From a virus (lineage: Duplodnaviria > Caudoviricetes), in the IMG/VR virus record IMGVR_UViG_3300026187_000019, positions 1 to 55,224 of that record: a stretch of DNA of 55,224 bases; one strand, 5' to 3'. The notes below the pieces were generated by a model, which worked only from the letters and a program-made list of their open reading frames with translations, was not told the DNA's origin and did no database searches. How positions within the stretch are numbered: position 1 is the first letter of the stretch; every line of letters begins with the position of its first letter. Positions 7,173-17,238 of the stretch are shown one piece after another. Made by a program: the position numbers and the translations under genes.

Positions 7173-7943
7173 ATGAATAATATATATAACATTATAAGTG
7201 ATATAGATGTACCCAATGGACAGACTAAACGTATGAACTGTCCTAATTGTGGTGGGTACAAGACCTTCACTGTTACTAACAACATGGGTAGCCTTGTGTG
7301 GAATTGCTACAAGGCATCCTGTAATGTAAGTGGCGGCAACCGTGTGCATCTCACAGTGGATGACATACGGTCAGGCATGGGTAACGTAGCTGAGTTTGCT
7401 GATGAGACATTTGATATGCCATCGTATATCATACCGCACAGAAACAAGCGTACTGTGCTTGCCTTCTGTTACCAGTACAGGCTAGACCCAGATGAGTTGG
7501 GTGTGATGTATGATGTGAAGGATGACAGGATTGTATTTCCTGTAGTGCATGACGGTGTGACCGTTGATGCTACAGGCCGTGCCATTGGTAAGCGATTACC
7601 TAAATGGAAACGATATGGAAAAAGTGGCTTGCCTTACACCGTTGGGTGTGGTAAAGTCGCAGTTGTTGTTGAGGACTGTGTGAGTGCAGCCGTGGTTGGT
7701 GGCAAATCCTTTGTCGGGGTTGCGATACTTGGTACATCTCTACAAGAGTCGCATAAAGGGTATCTCGCACAGTTCTCAACAGCCGTAATTGCATTAGACC
7801 CCGATGCACTACCCAAGACTTTGCAGATGGCAAAGGAACTACGTGGTCACGTAAACGATGTTCGTGTCCTACGTTTGAACGATGATTTGAAATATCGTAA
7901 CCCGACAGATATGGAGAACTTATATGGAATTATCAATCATTAG
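7173..7943 (+). CDS. DNA primase (zinc finger + TOPRIM)
   Basis: CPNC...CYKASC zinc-binding domain; VVVEDCVSA and ALDPDA TOPRIM motifs. Confidence 0.85.
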   Translation: MNNIYNIISDIDVPNGQTKRMNCPNCGGYKTFTVTNNMGSLVWNCYKASCNVSGGNRVHLTVDDIRSGMGNVAEFADETFDMPSYIIPHRNKRTVLAFCYQYRLDPDELGVMYDVKDDRIVFPVVHDGVTVDATGRAIGKRLPKWKRYGKSGLPYTVGCGKVAVVVEDCVSAAVVGGKSFVGVAILGTSLQESHKGYLAQFSTAVIALDPDALPKTLQMAKELRGHVNDVRVLRLNDDLKYRNPTDMENLYGIINH

Positions 7944-9147
7944 AAGCCTAATGGATAAGTCATTCTATGATGACCATCGTGGTAGCAAATGCCCACCACG
8001 CTTGTTCAGCAAGGATGCACGTAAGATTAAAGAGGCTATCGACACAGCTATGGATAGGTATGAGCGTACTGTCACACCCGATGAGGTTGAGGCATTGTTT
8101 ATGGCTAACAATCCTACGCTGACTACAGCACAGAAGCAGGGCTACTCATCTATGTTCTCTTCTATCAAGCGTGAGCAGCCAATGGGTAGTGACATAGCAC
8201 AAGAGGTGCTGTCTAAACTATTCCAGCAGGTTGTTGGCGAGGACGTTGCTAACATAGGCTTTGACATGGTGAATGGTGACGGTGCCACACTTGAGAAGCT
8301 ACGCAACTTGCTTGAGCGTTATGGTGATGACTTCATTCCCAACCTCAACATTGAGTGGGATGATATCAGCATTGAGACACTCATGGCTAAAGCTGAACTG
8401 GAAGCCAAGTGGACATTCAATATACCAAGCGTAACACGTAAGGTAGAGGGCGTGTCAGGTGGACAGTTGATTGAGGTAGGCGCACGGCCTAACACTGGCA
8501 AGACATCCTTCCACGCCAGCTTGATTGCTGCACCGGGCGGGTTTGCACATCAGGGTGCAAAGTGTATCATCCTGTGTAACGAGGAGCCTACTCACCGTGT
8601 CGGTGCAAGGTACTTGACTGCTGCGGCTGGCATGACTGCACGTGAGGTGCGTGACAACATAGGCAAGGCCAAGGCACTGTATGAACCTGTGATGAATAAC
8701 ATCAGGATTAAAGATGCAGGTGGTCGTGACATGGCATGGGTTGAATCAGTCTGCAAGGCTAACAACCCTGACATCCTTGTGCTTGACATGGGTGACAAGT
8801 TCGGTGTGGCAGGTAACTATGCCAGACCTGATGAGGCACTCAAGGCTTGTGCTATCTATGCACGGCAGATTGCCAAGACATACGACTGTGCTGTATTCTA
8901 TATGTCACAGTTATCTGCAGAGGCAGAGGGTAGGTCACAGCTTAATCAGTCTATGATGGAAGGCTCACGTACAGGTAAGGCTGCTGAAGCTGACTTGATG
9001 ATACTGATTGGCAAGTCACCTAGTGTGGAAGGCCAAGAGGAAGACAGCCCATTGCGTCACATCAACATCGTGAAGAACAAGCTGAATGGCTGGCACGGTA
9101 TGGTGAACGTAGAACTTAACTATCAGACTGCGAGGTACGAAGGATGA
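7924..9147 (+). CDS. Replicative DnaB-like (SF4) helicase
   Basis: Walker A GARPNTGKT, ILVLDMGD, MSQLS and VKNK motifs. Confidence 0.9.
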   Translation: MELSIIRSLMDKSFYDDHRGSKCPPRLFSKDARKIKEAIDTAMDRYERTVTPDEVEALFMANNPTLTTAQKQGYSSMFSSIKREQPMGSDIAQEVLSKLFQQVVGEDVANIGFDMVNGDGATLEKLRNLLERYGDDFIPNLNIEWDDISIETLMAKAELEAKWTFNIPSVTRKVEGVSGGQLIEVGARPNTGKTSFHASLIAAPGGFAHQGAKCIILCNEEPTHRVGARYLTAAAGMTAREVRDNIGKAKALYEPVMNNIRIKDAGGRDMAWVESVCKANNPDILVLDMGDKFGVAGNYARPDEALKACAIYARQIAKTYDCAVFYMSQLSAEAEGRSQLNQSMMEGSRTGKAAEADLMILIGKSPSVEGQEEDSPLRHINIVKNKLNGWHGMVNVELNYQTARYEG

Positions 9148-9581
9148 GGAAACAGTTTAGTGAAGCCTTACATGGCAAGCATGACAAACCTGCTCGTGTT
9201 CGTACTATGGAGTACATGCAGATACGAGGCTACAAGATATGGGAGAACCCGAATACGTATGGACAGGACTTGATTGCGGAAGGCAGCAAGGGTAAGTTCT
9301 ATGTGGAGTGCGAAGTCAAGACAGTATGGAGTGGCTCAGTGTTTCCGTATGACACACTACAGCTACCTGAACGTAAGTCTAAGTTCTTTGACAAGCCTAC
9401 CCTGTTCTTTGTATGGAATAAGGAACTGTCTGATGCACTTATGTTTAAGTCGGAAGACATTAAAGACTTGACACCAGTAGAGGTATCTAATAAATATATA
9501 GCTTCTGGCGAGATGTTCTACCAGATTCCATTAACCCTGACAGGAAGAGTAAGGATGAGCAAATATGAAACTAACACTTGA
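9144..9581 (+). CDS. Putative PD-(D/E)xK-fold nuclease
   Basis: QDLIA...YVECEVK pattern. Confidence 0.5.
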   Translation: MRKQFSEALHGKHDKPARVRTMEYMQIRGYKIWENPNTYGQDLIAEGSKGKFYVECEVKTVWSGSVFPYDTLQLPERKSKFFDKPTLFFVWNKELSDALMFKSEDIKDLTPVEVSNKYIASGEMFYQIPLTLTGRVRMSKYETNT

Positions 9582-11607
9582 TGTAGAGAACACCGTCACC
9601 AAGCGTGATGGTAAGATGCACCTTGACCCATTTGAGCCTGATAACTCACTGACTATGGTGGGTATGCTCAATGACCAAGGCGTTAAACGCATCGTCACGT
9701 TTGACCATAGTGACGTGAATGCAGATGAGTATGGTCATGTATTAGTGCAGGAGTTCCTTGATGCAGCTACTGTACTCATCTGCCACAATGCAGCGCATGA
9801 CTTGCTGTGGCTATGGGAGTCAGGCTTCAAGTACGATGGCGCAGTATTTGACACGATGCTGGCAGAGTATGTTCTGCAGCGTGGTATCAAAGAGCCGCTA
9901 TCTCTTGAGGCTTGTGCAGAACGCTATGAGTTGGACACCAAGAAGCAGGACACACTGAAGGAATACTTCAAGCAGGGCTACAGTACTCGTGACATACCAC
10001 ATGATGAGTTGTCTGAGTATCTGTCTGCTGACCTTCATGCTACGCAGCAACTTGCTGACAAGCTGATGTATCGTTTGAATACACCAGCAGACAGTGGCCT
10101 ACGTGGTACAGTAGACCTGACTAATCAGGTAGCTGTGTGCCTGTCACGTATCTATCAGCGTGGCTTTGCTGTAGACTTATCTAAGTTGGATGAGGTGCGT
10201 GAGGAGTTTGAGAATGAGAAGCGGCAACTGACCGATGACCTACAGGCTCATGTGCGTAAGCTGATGGGTGACACACCTATCAACCTCAACAGCCCAGAGC
10301 AATTGTCTTGGGTTATCTACAGTCGTAAGGTTGTTGACAAGCCGTATTGGGGCAACGCTATTGACCCATACATGGATGATGCAGACTTCCGCAGCCTGAT
10401 TGCTGGCGGCACAGAGAAGATATACAAGACCAATGCAAAGCAGTGTAGTGACTGCAATGGTACTGGACAAATACGAAAGGTTAAAAAAGATGGAACACCA
10501 TTTGCTAGAACAAATAAATGTACACGCTGTGATGGGGCTGGTTATCTTCTTATACCTAGTGTGGACTTGGCGGGGCTAAAGTTTAAGCCACCTTCAGCTA
10601 AGTGGGCAAGTGCCAACGGTTTCAGCACAAGCAAGCAGAACCTAGAGTTACTAGAGTCTGCTGCCAAGCAGCGTGGTATGAATGACGCTGTTGACTTCCT
10701 ATACAAAGTGCGTAGGCTCAGTGCAGTAGACACATACCTATCATCCTTTGTTGAGGGCATTAGTACATACACAAAGCAAGACGGTAAGCTGCATGTACGT
10801 TTGTTACAGCATCGTACAGCTACAGGCCGCTTCTCTGGTGCTGACCCTAACATGCAGAACATGCCACGTGGCGGCACGTTTCCTGTGAAGAAAGTATTTG
10901 TGTCACGATTTGCTGGTGGCAAGGTAATGGAAGCTGACTTCGCACAGTTAGAGTTCCGTGCTGCAGCCTACCTATCACAAGATGAGGTTGCTATTGAAGA
11001 AGTATCTACTGGATTTGATGTACACTCATATACCGCTAAAGTTATTAGTGATGCTGGTCAACCTACGAGTAGACAGGATGCGAAGGCTCACACGTTTGCG
11101 CCACTCTACGGTGCGACAGGCTACGGCAGAACAAAAGCGGAAGCAGAGTACTACACCCACTTCACAGACAAATACCAAGGTGTTGCCGATTGGCATTCCC
11201 GACTGGCTAAAGAGGCTGTGAACACAAGAAAGATTACCACGCCCAGTGGTCGTGAGTTTGCGTTCCCTGATGTGGTGCGTAAGCACACTGGACGTGTCTC
11301 ACACTTTACACAGATTAAGAACTACCCTGTGCAATCGTTTGCTACAGCAGACATAGTGCCTATTGCATTGTTGCACATTGATAGCTTGCTCAAGGGTATG
11401 CAATCGTGTATAGTGAACTCAGTGCATGACAGTATTGTTATTGACATACATCCTGACGAAGAAGCGCAGGTAATCAATGTCATACAGCAGACTAATGATG
11501 CACTACCTTATCTCATCACCCAACGCTGGGGTGTTGAGTTCAATGTGCCTTTATTATTAGAGGCAAAAATAGGCCCGAATTGGCTTGACGTGAAGGACGT
11601 AATCTGA
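9565..11607 (+). CDS. Family A DNA polymerase with 3'-5' exonuclease and DnaJ-type zinc-finger insert
   Basis: Exonuclease motifs LDVE and HNAAHD; CSDCNGTG and CTRCDGAG; polymerase motifs TATGRFS, ADFAQLE, KAHTFAPLYG, VHDS. Confidence 0.95.
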   Translation: MKLTLDVENTVTKRDGKMHLDPFEPDNSLTMVGMLNDQGVKRIVTFDHSDVNADEYGHVLVQEFLDAATVLICHNAAHDLLWLWESGFKYDGAVFDTMLAEYVLQRGIKEPLSLEACAERYELDTKKQDTLKEYFKQGYSTRDIPHDELSEYLSADLHATQQLADKLMYRLNTPADSGLRGTVDLTNQVAVCLSRIYQRGFAVDLSKLDEVREEFENEKRQLTDDLQAHVRKLMGDTPINLNSPEQLSWVIYSRKVVDKPYWGNAIDPYMDDADFRSLIAGGTEKIYKTNAKQCSDCNGTGQIRKVKKDGTPFARTNKCTRCDGAGYLLIPSVDLAGLKFKPPSAKWASANGFSTSKQNLELLESAAKQRGMNDAVDFLYKVRRLSAVDTYLSSFVEGISTYTKQDGKLHVRLLQHRTATGRFSGADPNMQNMPRGGTFPVKKVFVSRFAGGKVMEADFAQLEFRAAAYLSQDEVAIEEVSTGFDVHSYTAKVISDAGQPTSRQDAKAHTFAPLYGATGYGRTKAEAEYYTHFTDKYQGVADWHSRLAKEAVNTRKITTPSGREFAFPDVVRKHTGRVSHFTQIKNYPVQSFATADIVPIALLHIDSLLKGMQSCIVNSVHDSIVIDIHPDEEAQVINVIQQTNDALPYLITQRWGVEFNVPLLLEAKIGPNWLDVKDVI

Positions 11608-11613
11608 TATAAC
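11585..11613 (+). promoter_or_regulatory. sigma70-like promoter
   Basis: TTGACG-N17-TATAAC with TG extension, overlapping the polymerase stop. Confidence 0.7.
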
Positions 11614-11647
11614 TATGCATCTTACAACTGAAAAGGAGTTAATAAAC

Positions 11648-12526
11648 ATGAACGATATTACAACGATTGATACTAATAACTACGCTGAAATGGCAAAGGC
11701 TATGGGTCTTGCTAACGAGGCACCTGCACAGAAGAAACAGGGTATGTTCCTTGCTCGTCTGCGCATCAACCACACACCTATCCTTGGTTCGGATACCATC
11801 AAGGTCAAGGGTGGTACATACAAGCTGGAGATTCCTGATGGCCCTACGTACTATGCAGAGTCGGCAGTAATGCGTCCATTCCTACAACGCTTCATGTACA
11901 AGAAGTTTGTGATGGGCAATGGTGGCACACCTAATCGTTACGTCAAGACTGTTATGGCTGATACGCTTAACATGGACTTGAAAGATAACGATGGCGGCTT
12001 CAACTGTGGTAAGCCTTCTGGTTGGATTGAAGACTTCAAGTCCCTGCCAGATGCTACTAAGGAACTCATCCGTTCCATCAAGCGTGTACGTGTAGTGCTT
12101 GGTACAGTTGAGTTGGTTAACCCAAAGGATGCGGATGGTAATCCTGTAGACTTAGAAGCTACGCCATTCATCTGGGAAGTAGAGAATCGTGACGCCTTCA
12201 AGACTATTGGTGGTGTGTTTACACAGCTTGCCAAGATGAAACGTCTTCCTGTGCAGCACAATGTTACGCTGAATACTGAAGAGCGTAAGCTGCCTAACGG
12301 TAATAGCTTCTACTTGCCTACTACATCCTTGGACATCACTAACACAGTGGAACTCACACAGGATGACCAGACAAAGTTTGCTGACTTCATGTCGTGGGTT
12401 ACTAACTACAACGAGTACATCATCAATACTTACGCAGAGAAAGCGTCAAGTAAAAACGATATGGACTTGGATGAAGTAGACATTGACGGTGTGGTTGATG
12501 TCGAGTTTGAAGAAGAGGTAGCATAA
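11648..12526 (+). CDS. Putative single-stranded DNA-binding protein
   Basis: Position after the polymerase; strongly acidic C-terminal tail; AAGGAG RBS before ATG 11648. Confidence 0.55.
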   Translation: MNDITTIDTNNYAEMAKAMGLANEAPAQKKQGMFLARLRINHTPILGSDTIKVKGGTYKLEIPDGPTYYAESAVMRPFLQRFMYKKFVMGNGGTPNRYVKTVMADTLNMDLKDNDGGFNCGKPSGWIEDFKSLPDATKELIRSIKRVRVVLGTVELVNPKDADGNPVDLEATPFIWEVENRDAFKTIGGVFTQLAKMKRLPVQHNVTLNTEERKLPNGNSFYLPTTSLDITNTVELTQDDQTKFADFMSWVTNYNEYIINTYAEKASSKNDMDLDEVDIDGVVDVEFEEEVA

Positions 12527-13380
12527 TGAACCATCCTGCTGAACTGGCACTGCATCAGTATCTTGAGAATGCCGTAACAGGCAAATCAAGTATGTCACAA
12601 CGGACAATCACACAGATTGGTCTTGATGTGATGGCTGCGGCAGCACGTCAGTTCGGTGGGGGTAACAAGCGTGACAAGTTCGGTCTACGTATGTCAAACG
12701 TAGGTAGGCCAACTTGCCAACTCTGGTATGACAAGAACAAGCCAGAGGTAGCGTTACCCTTTCCGACAACATTCGTAATGAACATGATGATTGGTGACAT
12801 TGTTGAAGCAGTGTTCAAAGGCATCCTTAAAGAAGCAGGAGTTAAGTATGAAGACACCGATAAAGTTTCTCTTGACCTTGGTGACGATAGCGTTTCTGGT
12901 TCTTATGACCTCATCATTGATGGTGCAGTTGATGATATTAAATCAGCTTCAGACTGGTCATATAGAAACAAGTTTGAATCCTATGACACTCTTGCCAGCG
13001 GTGATGGCTTCGGGTATGTGGCTCAGTTAGCTGGTTATGCTAAAGCTGCAGACAAGAAGGCGGGTGGCTGGTGGGTAGTCAACAAAGCCAATGGTCAGTT
13101 CAAGTATGTACCAGCTACAGGTCTTGACGTGGATACCGAAGTATCCAAGATTAAAAATACCGTAGATAAAGTAAAGGAGAACAAGTTTGAAAGATGTTTT
13201 GAACCAGTGCCTGAGACTTTTCGTGGCAAGCCCACAGGTAATAAAGTCCTTAATGATGGATGCAGATTTTGTAACTACCGTCACGATTGTTGGGATAGTC
13301 TTACTGAGCGTCCATCTGTAATGTCACAGGCCAAGAATCCGCCTACCGTCAGCTACATTGGAGATGTAATTGCTCCATAA
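12526..13380 (+). CDS. Cas4-like PD-(D/E)xK exonuclease
   Basis: RMSNVGRPTC, GSYD, DDIKS, QLAGY and C-terminal CRFC..C Fe-S pattern. Confidence 0.8.
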   Translation: MNHPAELALHQYLENAVTGKSSMSQRTITQIGLDVMAAAARQFGGGNKRDKFGLRMSNVGRPTCQLWYDKNKPEVALPFPTTFVMNMMIGDIVEAVFKGILKEAGVKYEDTDKVSLDLGDDSVSGSYDLIIDGAVDDIKSASDWSYRNKFESYDTLASGDGFGYVAQLAGYAKAADKKAGGWWVVNKANGQFKYVPATGLDVDTEVSKIKNTVDKVKENKFERCFEPVPETFRGKPTGNKVLNDGCRFCNYRHDCWDSLTERPSVMSQAKNPPTVSYIGDVIAP

Positions 13381-13822
13381 GGCACGGCGTATGGCAATAC
13401 GACATGGGTATCGCAGTGGGCTAGAATACAAGCTATCCATTTATCTTGATGAAAACAAGGTCAAATATGGCTACGAGGACATCAAGATTGAATGGGAAGA
13501 CCTAGCCTACCGCACCTATACCCCTGACTTTGTTCTCGACAATGGTATTATCATTGAGACAAAGGGCAGGTTCATGGCTGCAGATAGACGAAAGCATATA
13601 GCTATTAAGAAGCAGCATCCCAAGCTGGACATACGCTTTGTGTTTACTAACAGCAAGGCTAAACTAAGCAAGGGTGCTAAGTCTTCATACGCAGACTGGT
13701 GCATCAAGCACGGCTTCAGATACTACGACAGGATTATCCCGGAAGAGTGGCTGAAGGAGAAGGGTAAAAACAAGCATCCAAAGTTTATTAAGTTTGGCGG
13801 CACGAAAGTAAAAAGGAGATAA
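13370..13822 (+). CDS. T7 gp3-like endonuclease I (Holliday junction resolvase)
   Basis: YRSGLE, YTPDF and IETKGRF motifs; TTG start after GGAG. Confidence 0.9.
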   Translation: MLHKARRMAIRHGYRSGLEYKLSIYLDENKVKYGYEDIKIEWEDLAYRTYTPDFVLDNGIIIETKGRFMAADRRKHIAIKKQHPKLDIRFVFTNSKAKLSKGAKSSYADWCIKHGFRYYDRIIPEEWLKEKGKNKHPKFIKFGGTKVKRR

Positions 13823-13824
13823 GC

Positions 13825-14196
13825 ATGAATATGATGGATAAACTATCTAAAGAAATACAAAACGAGGACTTCCTTATACGTGTCAGACCATTCGCTGATA
13901 ACGATGGTAAGTGGTCAGGCGAAGTTGATATATCTATAATGGCTATGCCTGACAATCCTCTTGATGATGACGACTACTATCAGGTCATGCACTTTGCTAA
14001 GATGATGTGTGCTGCTGTGCCTGTCATGGAAGAGGTAGAGGAACTACGCAATATTGTTCACGAGTATGTCACAAAAGTTATTGACAACGAGATGGATATT
14101 GATGTAGAACTGGAGGAAGAAGCGGGTGTGGAAAAGACCTATGATGGTAATGTAGTACACCTTAACTTTAACAGCAGGACAAAGGGGTCAGCATGA
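13825..14196 (+). CDS. Hypothetical protein (123 aa)
   Basis: AAGGAG RBS. Confidence 0.75.
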   Translation: MNMMDKLSKEIQNEDFLIRVRPFADNDGKWSGEVDISIMAMPDNPLDDDDYYQVMHFAKMMCAAVPVMEEVEELRNIVHEYVTKVIDNEMDIDVELEEEAGVEKTYDGNVVHLNFNSRTKGSA

Positions 14197-14513
14197 TGAA
14201 GCACGAACAGTTTATGAAAGCCAAAGCAGCAGAGTTAAATCCTAAATGGGCAGATTTAGCAGAGCAGGAAGGTAAAGAGATTTATGGTAACGTGGATATG
14301 GTCAACAGTCCACCACACTATAATCAGACAGGCATTGAATGTATTGACGCTATCAGTGCAGCCACAGACGGCGGCTTCAAGTATTACCTGCAGGGTAACA
14401 TTATGAAATATCTATGGCGTTTTGACTACAAGGATAAACCCATTGAAGATTTGCAGAAAGCCAGATGGTATCTGGATAGGTTGATTGAAGAGGTAATGGC
14501 AGATGCGAGTTAA
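14193..14513 (+). CDS. DUF3310 (SaV-like) protein
   Basis: DMVNSPPHY...ECIDAI...GNIMKYLWR...EDLQKARWYL. Confidence 0.85.
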   Translation: MMKHEQFMKAKAAELNPKWADLAEQEGKEIYGNVDMVNSPPHYNQTGIECIDAISAATDGGFKYYLQGNIMKYLWRFDYKDKPIEDLQKARWYLDRLIEEVMADAS

Positions 14514-14661
14514 GATGTTCATTACAATTGATATTGACGAGGAAGAGTATCCCGTCCCTGCTGATGGGCAGGTGGGCGAGGAATTAGAGGAAAGCATCCA
14601 AGAATACTTTTATGATATTGACGGTGCTAGTATTAGAAACATTAGAACGATAACGGAGTAA
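14503..14661 (+). CDS. 52-aa acidic hypothetical protein (not in ORF track)
   Basis: MRVKMFITIDIDEEEYPVPADG...; GAGG RBS; fills the gap before RNR. Confidence 0.65.
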   Translation: MRVKMFITIDIDEEEYPVPADGQVGEELEESIQEYFYDIDGASIRNIRTITE

Positions 14662-14664
14662 GAG

Positions 14665-16593
14665 ATGATTAGCAATACATTACCAACAGACTACCAGAAC
14701 TTCATAGCCCTTTCACGCTATGCAAGATGGAAAGAAGATGAGCAACGAAGGGAGACATGGGGTGAAACAGTTACAAGATATTTTGATTATATGGCTAATC
14801 ACTTGGGTAGCTATTGCGGTTACAAGCTACCAGATACACTGAGGGCGGAACTAGAAGAAGCCGTACTCAATCAGTCTATCATGCCTAGCATGAGGGCGTT
14901 GATGACTGCAGGACCAGCACTAGACCGCTGCCATGTGGGTGGATACAACTGTTCATACGTACCAGTGGATAGCCCACGTGCGTTTGATGAGACTATGTAC
15001 ATCCTCATGTGTGGTACAGGTGTAGGCTTCAGTGTAGAACGTCATAACATTGAGAAGCTGCCTATGGTAAATGAAGAGTTTCACGAGACAGACACAGTAA
15101 TCAAGGTAGGTGACAGCCGCCCCGGTTGGGCAAAGTCACTGAAGGAACTTATCTTCATGCTATATGCTGGACAAGTTCCAAAGTTTGATGTGAGTGAGGT
15201 TCGCCCTGCAGGTGCAAGACTGAAGACATTCGGCGGTCGTGCATCAGGCCCACAGCCTTTAGTTGAACTATTTGAGTTTGTCATACAGAAGTTCAAAGGT
15301 GCAGCAGGTCGCAGACTGTATCCAATCGAGTGTCACGACATCATGTGCAAGATTGGTGAAGTTGTTGTGGTTGGTGGCGTACGCCGTAGCGCATTGATTT
15401 CATTGTCTAATCTTAATGATGACCAGATGGCTCATGCCAAGTCAGGTCAGTGGTGGGAGAATGAAGGTCAACGTGCGCTGGCTAATAACTCTGTAGCGTA
15501 CAAGCAGAAGCCAGAGATGGGTACATTCATGCGTGAGTGGTTGTCGTTGTATGATAGTAAGTCAGGTGAGCGTGGTATCTTCAATCGTGAGTCAGCTAGG
15601 AAGCAAGCAGCTAAGAATGGTAGGCGTGATGCTGACCAAGACTTTGGTTGCAACCCTTGCTCTGAGATTATCCTACGTCCATACCAGTTCTGTAACTTGT
15701 CAGAGGTTGTTGCACGTGAAACGGACACGCTGGCATCATTGAAAGAGAAGGTACGCCTTGCCACTATTCTAGGTACATTCCAATCTACACTGACAAACTT
15801 TCGTTACCTACGTAAGATTTGGCGGCAGAATACAGAGCAGGAACGCTTGCTTGGTGTATCCCTGACAGGCATCATGGATTGTGCTGAACTACACAAGGGC
15901 AAGCAAGTAGCAGATACACTTGAGATGCTGCGTGTCACTGCCATTGAAGCTAATGCAGCTATGGCATTTGAACTTGGCATTGAGCAGTCTGCTGCTATCA
16001 CTTGTGTCAAGCCTAGTGGTACGGTATCGCAGCTTGTAGATAGTGCTAGTGGCATTCACGCCAGACACAACCCATACTACATTCGCACTGTCCGTGGGGA
16101 TAACAAAGACCCATTGACACAGTTCTTGATTTCACAGGATATACCTGCTGAACCTGACGTAATGAAGCCCGACTCAACGACAGTGTTTAGCTTCCCTATG
16201 AAGTCACCTAAGAACGCAGTGACACGCACAGGTATGACAGCCATTGAACAGCTTGAACTGTGGCTGACTTATCAGCGTCACTGGTGTGAACACAAACCAT
16301 CAGTCACCATCTCTGTAAAAGAGAATGAATGGATGGCTGTAGGTGCGTGGGTCTACGAACACTTTGATGAGGTCAGCGGTATCAGCTTCCTGCCATTCAG
16401 TGAGCATACATATCAGCAAGCACCTTATCAGGACATTGATGCTGACACATACAAAAAGTGGGCAGCTAAGATGCCAAAGAACGTAGACTGGTCTATGCTT
16501 CAGGAGTTTGAGAAGGAAGATACTACATCAGGTGGACGTGAGTTGGCTTGTACTGCTGGCGTTTGTGAAGTAGTTGACTTGAACGCAGCATGA
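14665..16593 (+). CDS. nrdJ: Class II (B12-dependent) ribonucleotide reductase
   Basis: GGYNC, GGVRRSA, NPCSEI, TCVKPSGT and C-terminal CTAGVC; no beta-subunit gene seen. Confidence 0.85.
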   Translation: MISNTLPTDYQNFIALSRYARWKEDEQRRETWGETVTRYFDYMANHLGSYCGYKLPDTLRAELEEAVLNQSIMPSMRALMTAGPALDRCHVGGYNCSYVPVDSPRAFDETMYILMCGTGVGFSVERHNIEKLPMVNEEFHETDTVIKVGDSRPGWAKSLKELIFMLYAGQVPKFDVSEVRPAGARLKTFGGRASGPQPLVELFEFVIQKFKGAAGRRLYPIECHDIMCKIGEVVVVGGVRRSALISLSNLNDDQMAHAKSGQWWENEGQRALANNSVAYKQKPEMGTFMREWLSLYDSKSGERGIFNRESARKQAAKNGRRDADQDFGCNPCSEIILRPYQFCNLSEVVARETDTLASLKEKVRLATILGTFQSTLTNFRYLRKIWRQNTEQERLLGVSLTGIMDCAELHKGKQVADTLEMLRVTAIEANAAMAFELGIEQSAAITCVKPSGTVSQLVDSASGIHARHNPYYIRTVRGDNKDPLTQFLISQDIPAEPDVMKPDSTTVFSFPMKSPKNAVTRTGMTAIEQLELWLTYQRHWCEHKPSVTISVKENEWMAVGAWVYEHFDEVSGISFLPFSEHTYQQAPYQDIDADTYKKWAAKMPKNVDWSMLQEFEKEDTTSGGRELACTAGVCEVVDLNAA

Positions 16594-16724
16594 GTGTAGT
16601 ATGGAAGACAGGTGACGGGTGGGTGCAACATAACCCACCTGTTCATCACCCTTGCAGAGAAGAGTGGTTGAAACAAAAAGAAAAGGAGAAATCCTATGAC
16701 GAAAAGCGTACTGAAGACAGCTAA
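16590..16724 (+). CDS. 44-aa hypothetical protein
   Basis: ATGA coupling to nrdJ; MSVVWKTGDGWVQHNPP... Confidence 0.45.
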   Translation: MSVVWKTGDGWVQHNPPVHHPCREEWLKQKEKEKSYDEKRTEDS

Positions 16725-17238
16725 GACAGTATTTGAAGATGGAGAATGGTGGTACATTCCCAGTGATGGTAAGCGGGAACGCTTAGAACAATACCAAACA
16801 AAGAATGCACGGCGTATGTGGGTCAATGGTAAGTATATCCCACGATCTCATCCTTTGTGGAAGGCAGGTAGATACAAGTCACTTGATGATGCATGGTCAC
16901 ATGAACAGATTGAATCTACAAAAGAAGGGGAAGTGTACGCCATTGTCAATGACGCATGGCTAGGATGGGTAAAGGTAGGTAAGGCAGTCAATGCTGATGA
17001 CCGCTGTAACGGATACCAAACATCCTCACCATTCCGTGACTACCGTATCATCGCCCGTCTTGAGACAGACAATAGACACAGTAAAGAAGCTGAGATGCAT
17101 AAGATATTCCAGCACTTTGCCGATGAACGTAAGGGTGAATGGTTTAAGATTGATAATGTAAAAGCTATCAAGATATTCAACCATCAAACAAAGACACTGT
17201 TCAATGAGTTCAAAAAGGAGTTAGTAGATGCGGCGTAA
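16696..17238 (+). CDS. GIY-YIG (T5orf172/MUG113-like) nuclease-domain protein
   Basis: GEVYAI...WVKVGKA...R...YQTSSP...GEWF. Confidence 0.75.
   Translation: MTKSVLKTAKTVFEDGEWWYIPSDGKRERLEQYQTKNARRMWVNGKYIPRSHPLWKAGRYKSLDDAWSHEQIESTKEGEVYAIVNDAWLGWVKVGKAVNADDRCNGYQTSSPFRDYRIIARLETDNRHSKEAEMHKIFQHFADERKGEWFKIDNVKAIKIFNHQTKTLFNEFKKELVDAA

Noticed and set aside
12526-13380. Cas4-like gene as evidence of CRISPR-Cas
   Set aside because: Solo Cas4-like exonucleases are routine in phage replication modules; no cas1/cas2 or array is present.
14665-17238. Intron/intein in nrdJ mobilised by the neighbouring GIY-YIG gene
   Set aside because: nrdJ is continuous and of normal length with no splicing motifs; the nuclease gene is free-standing.
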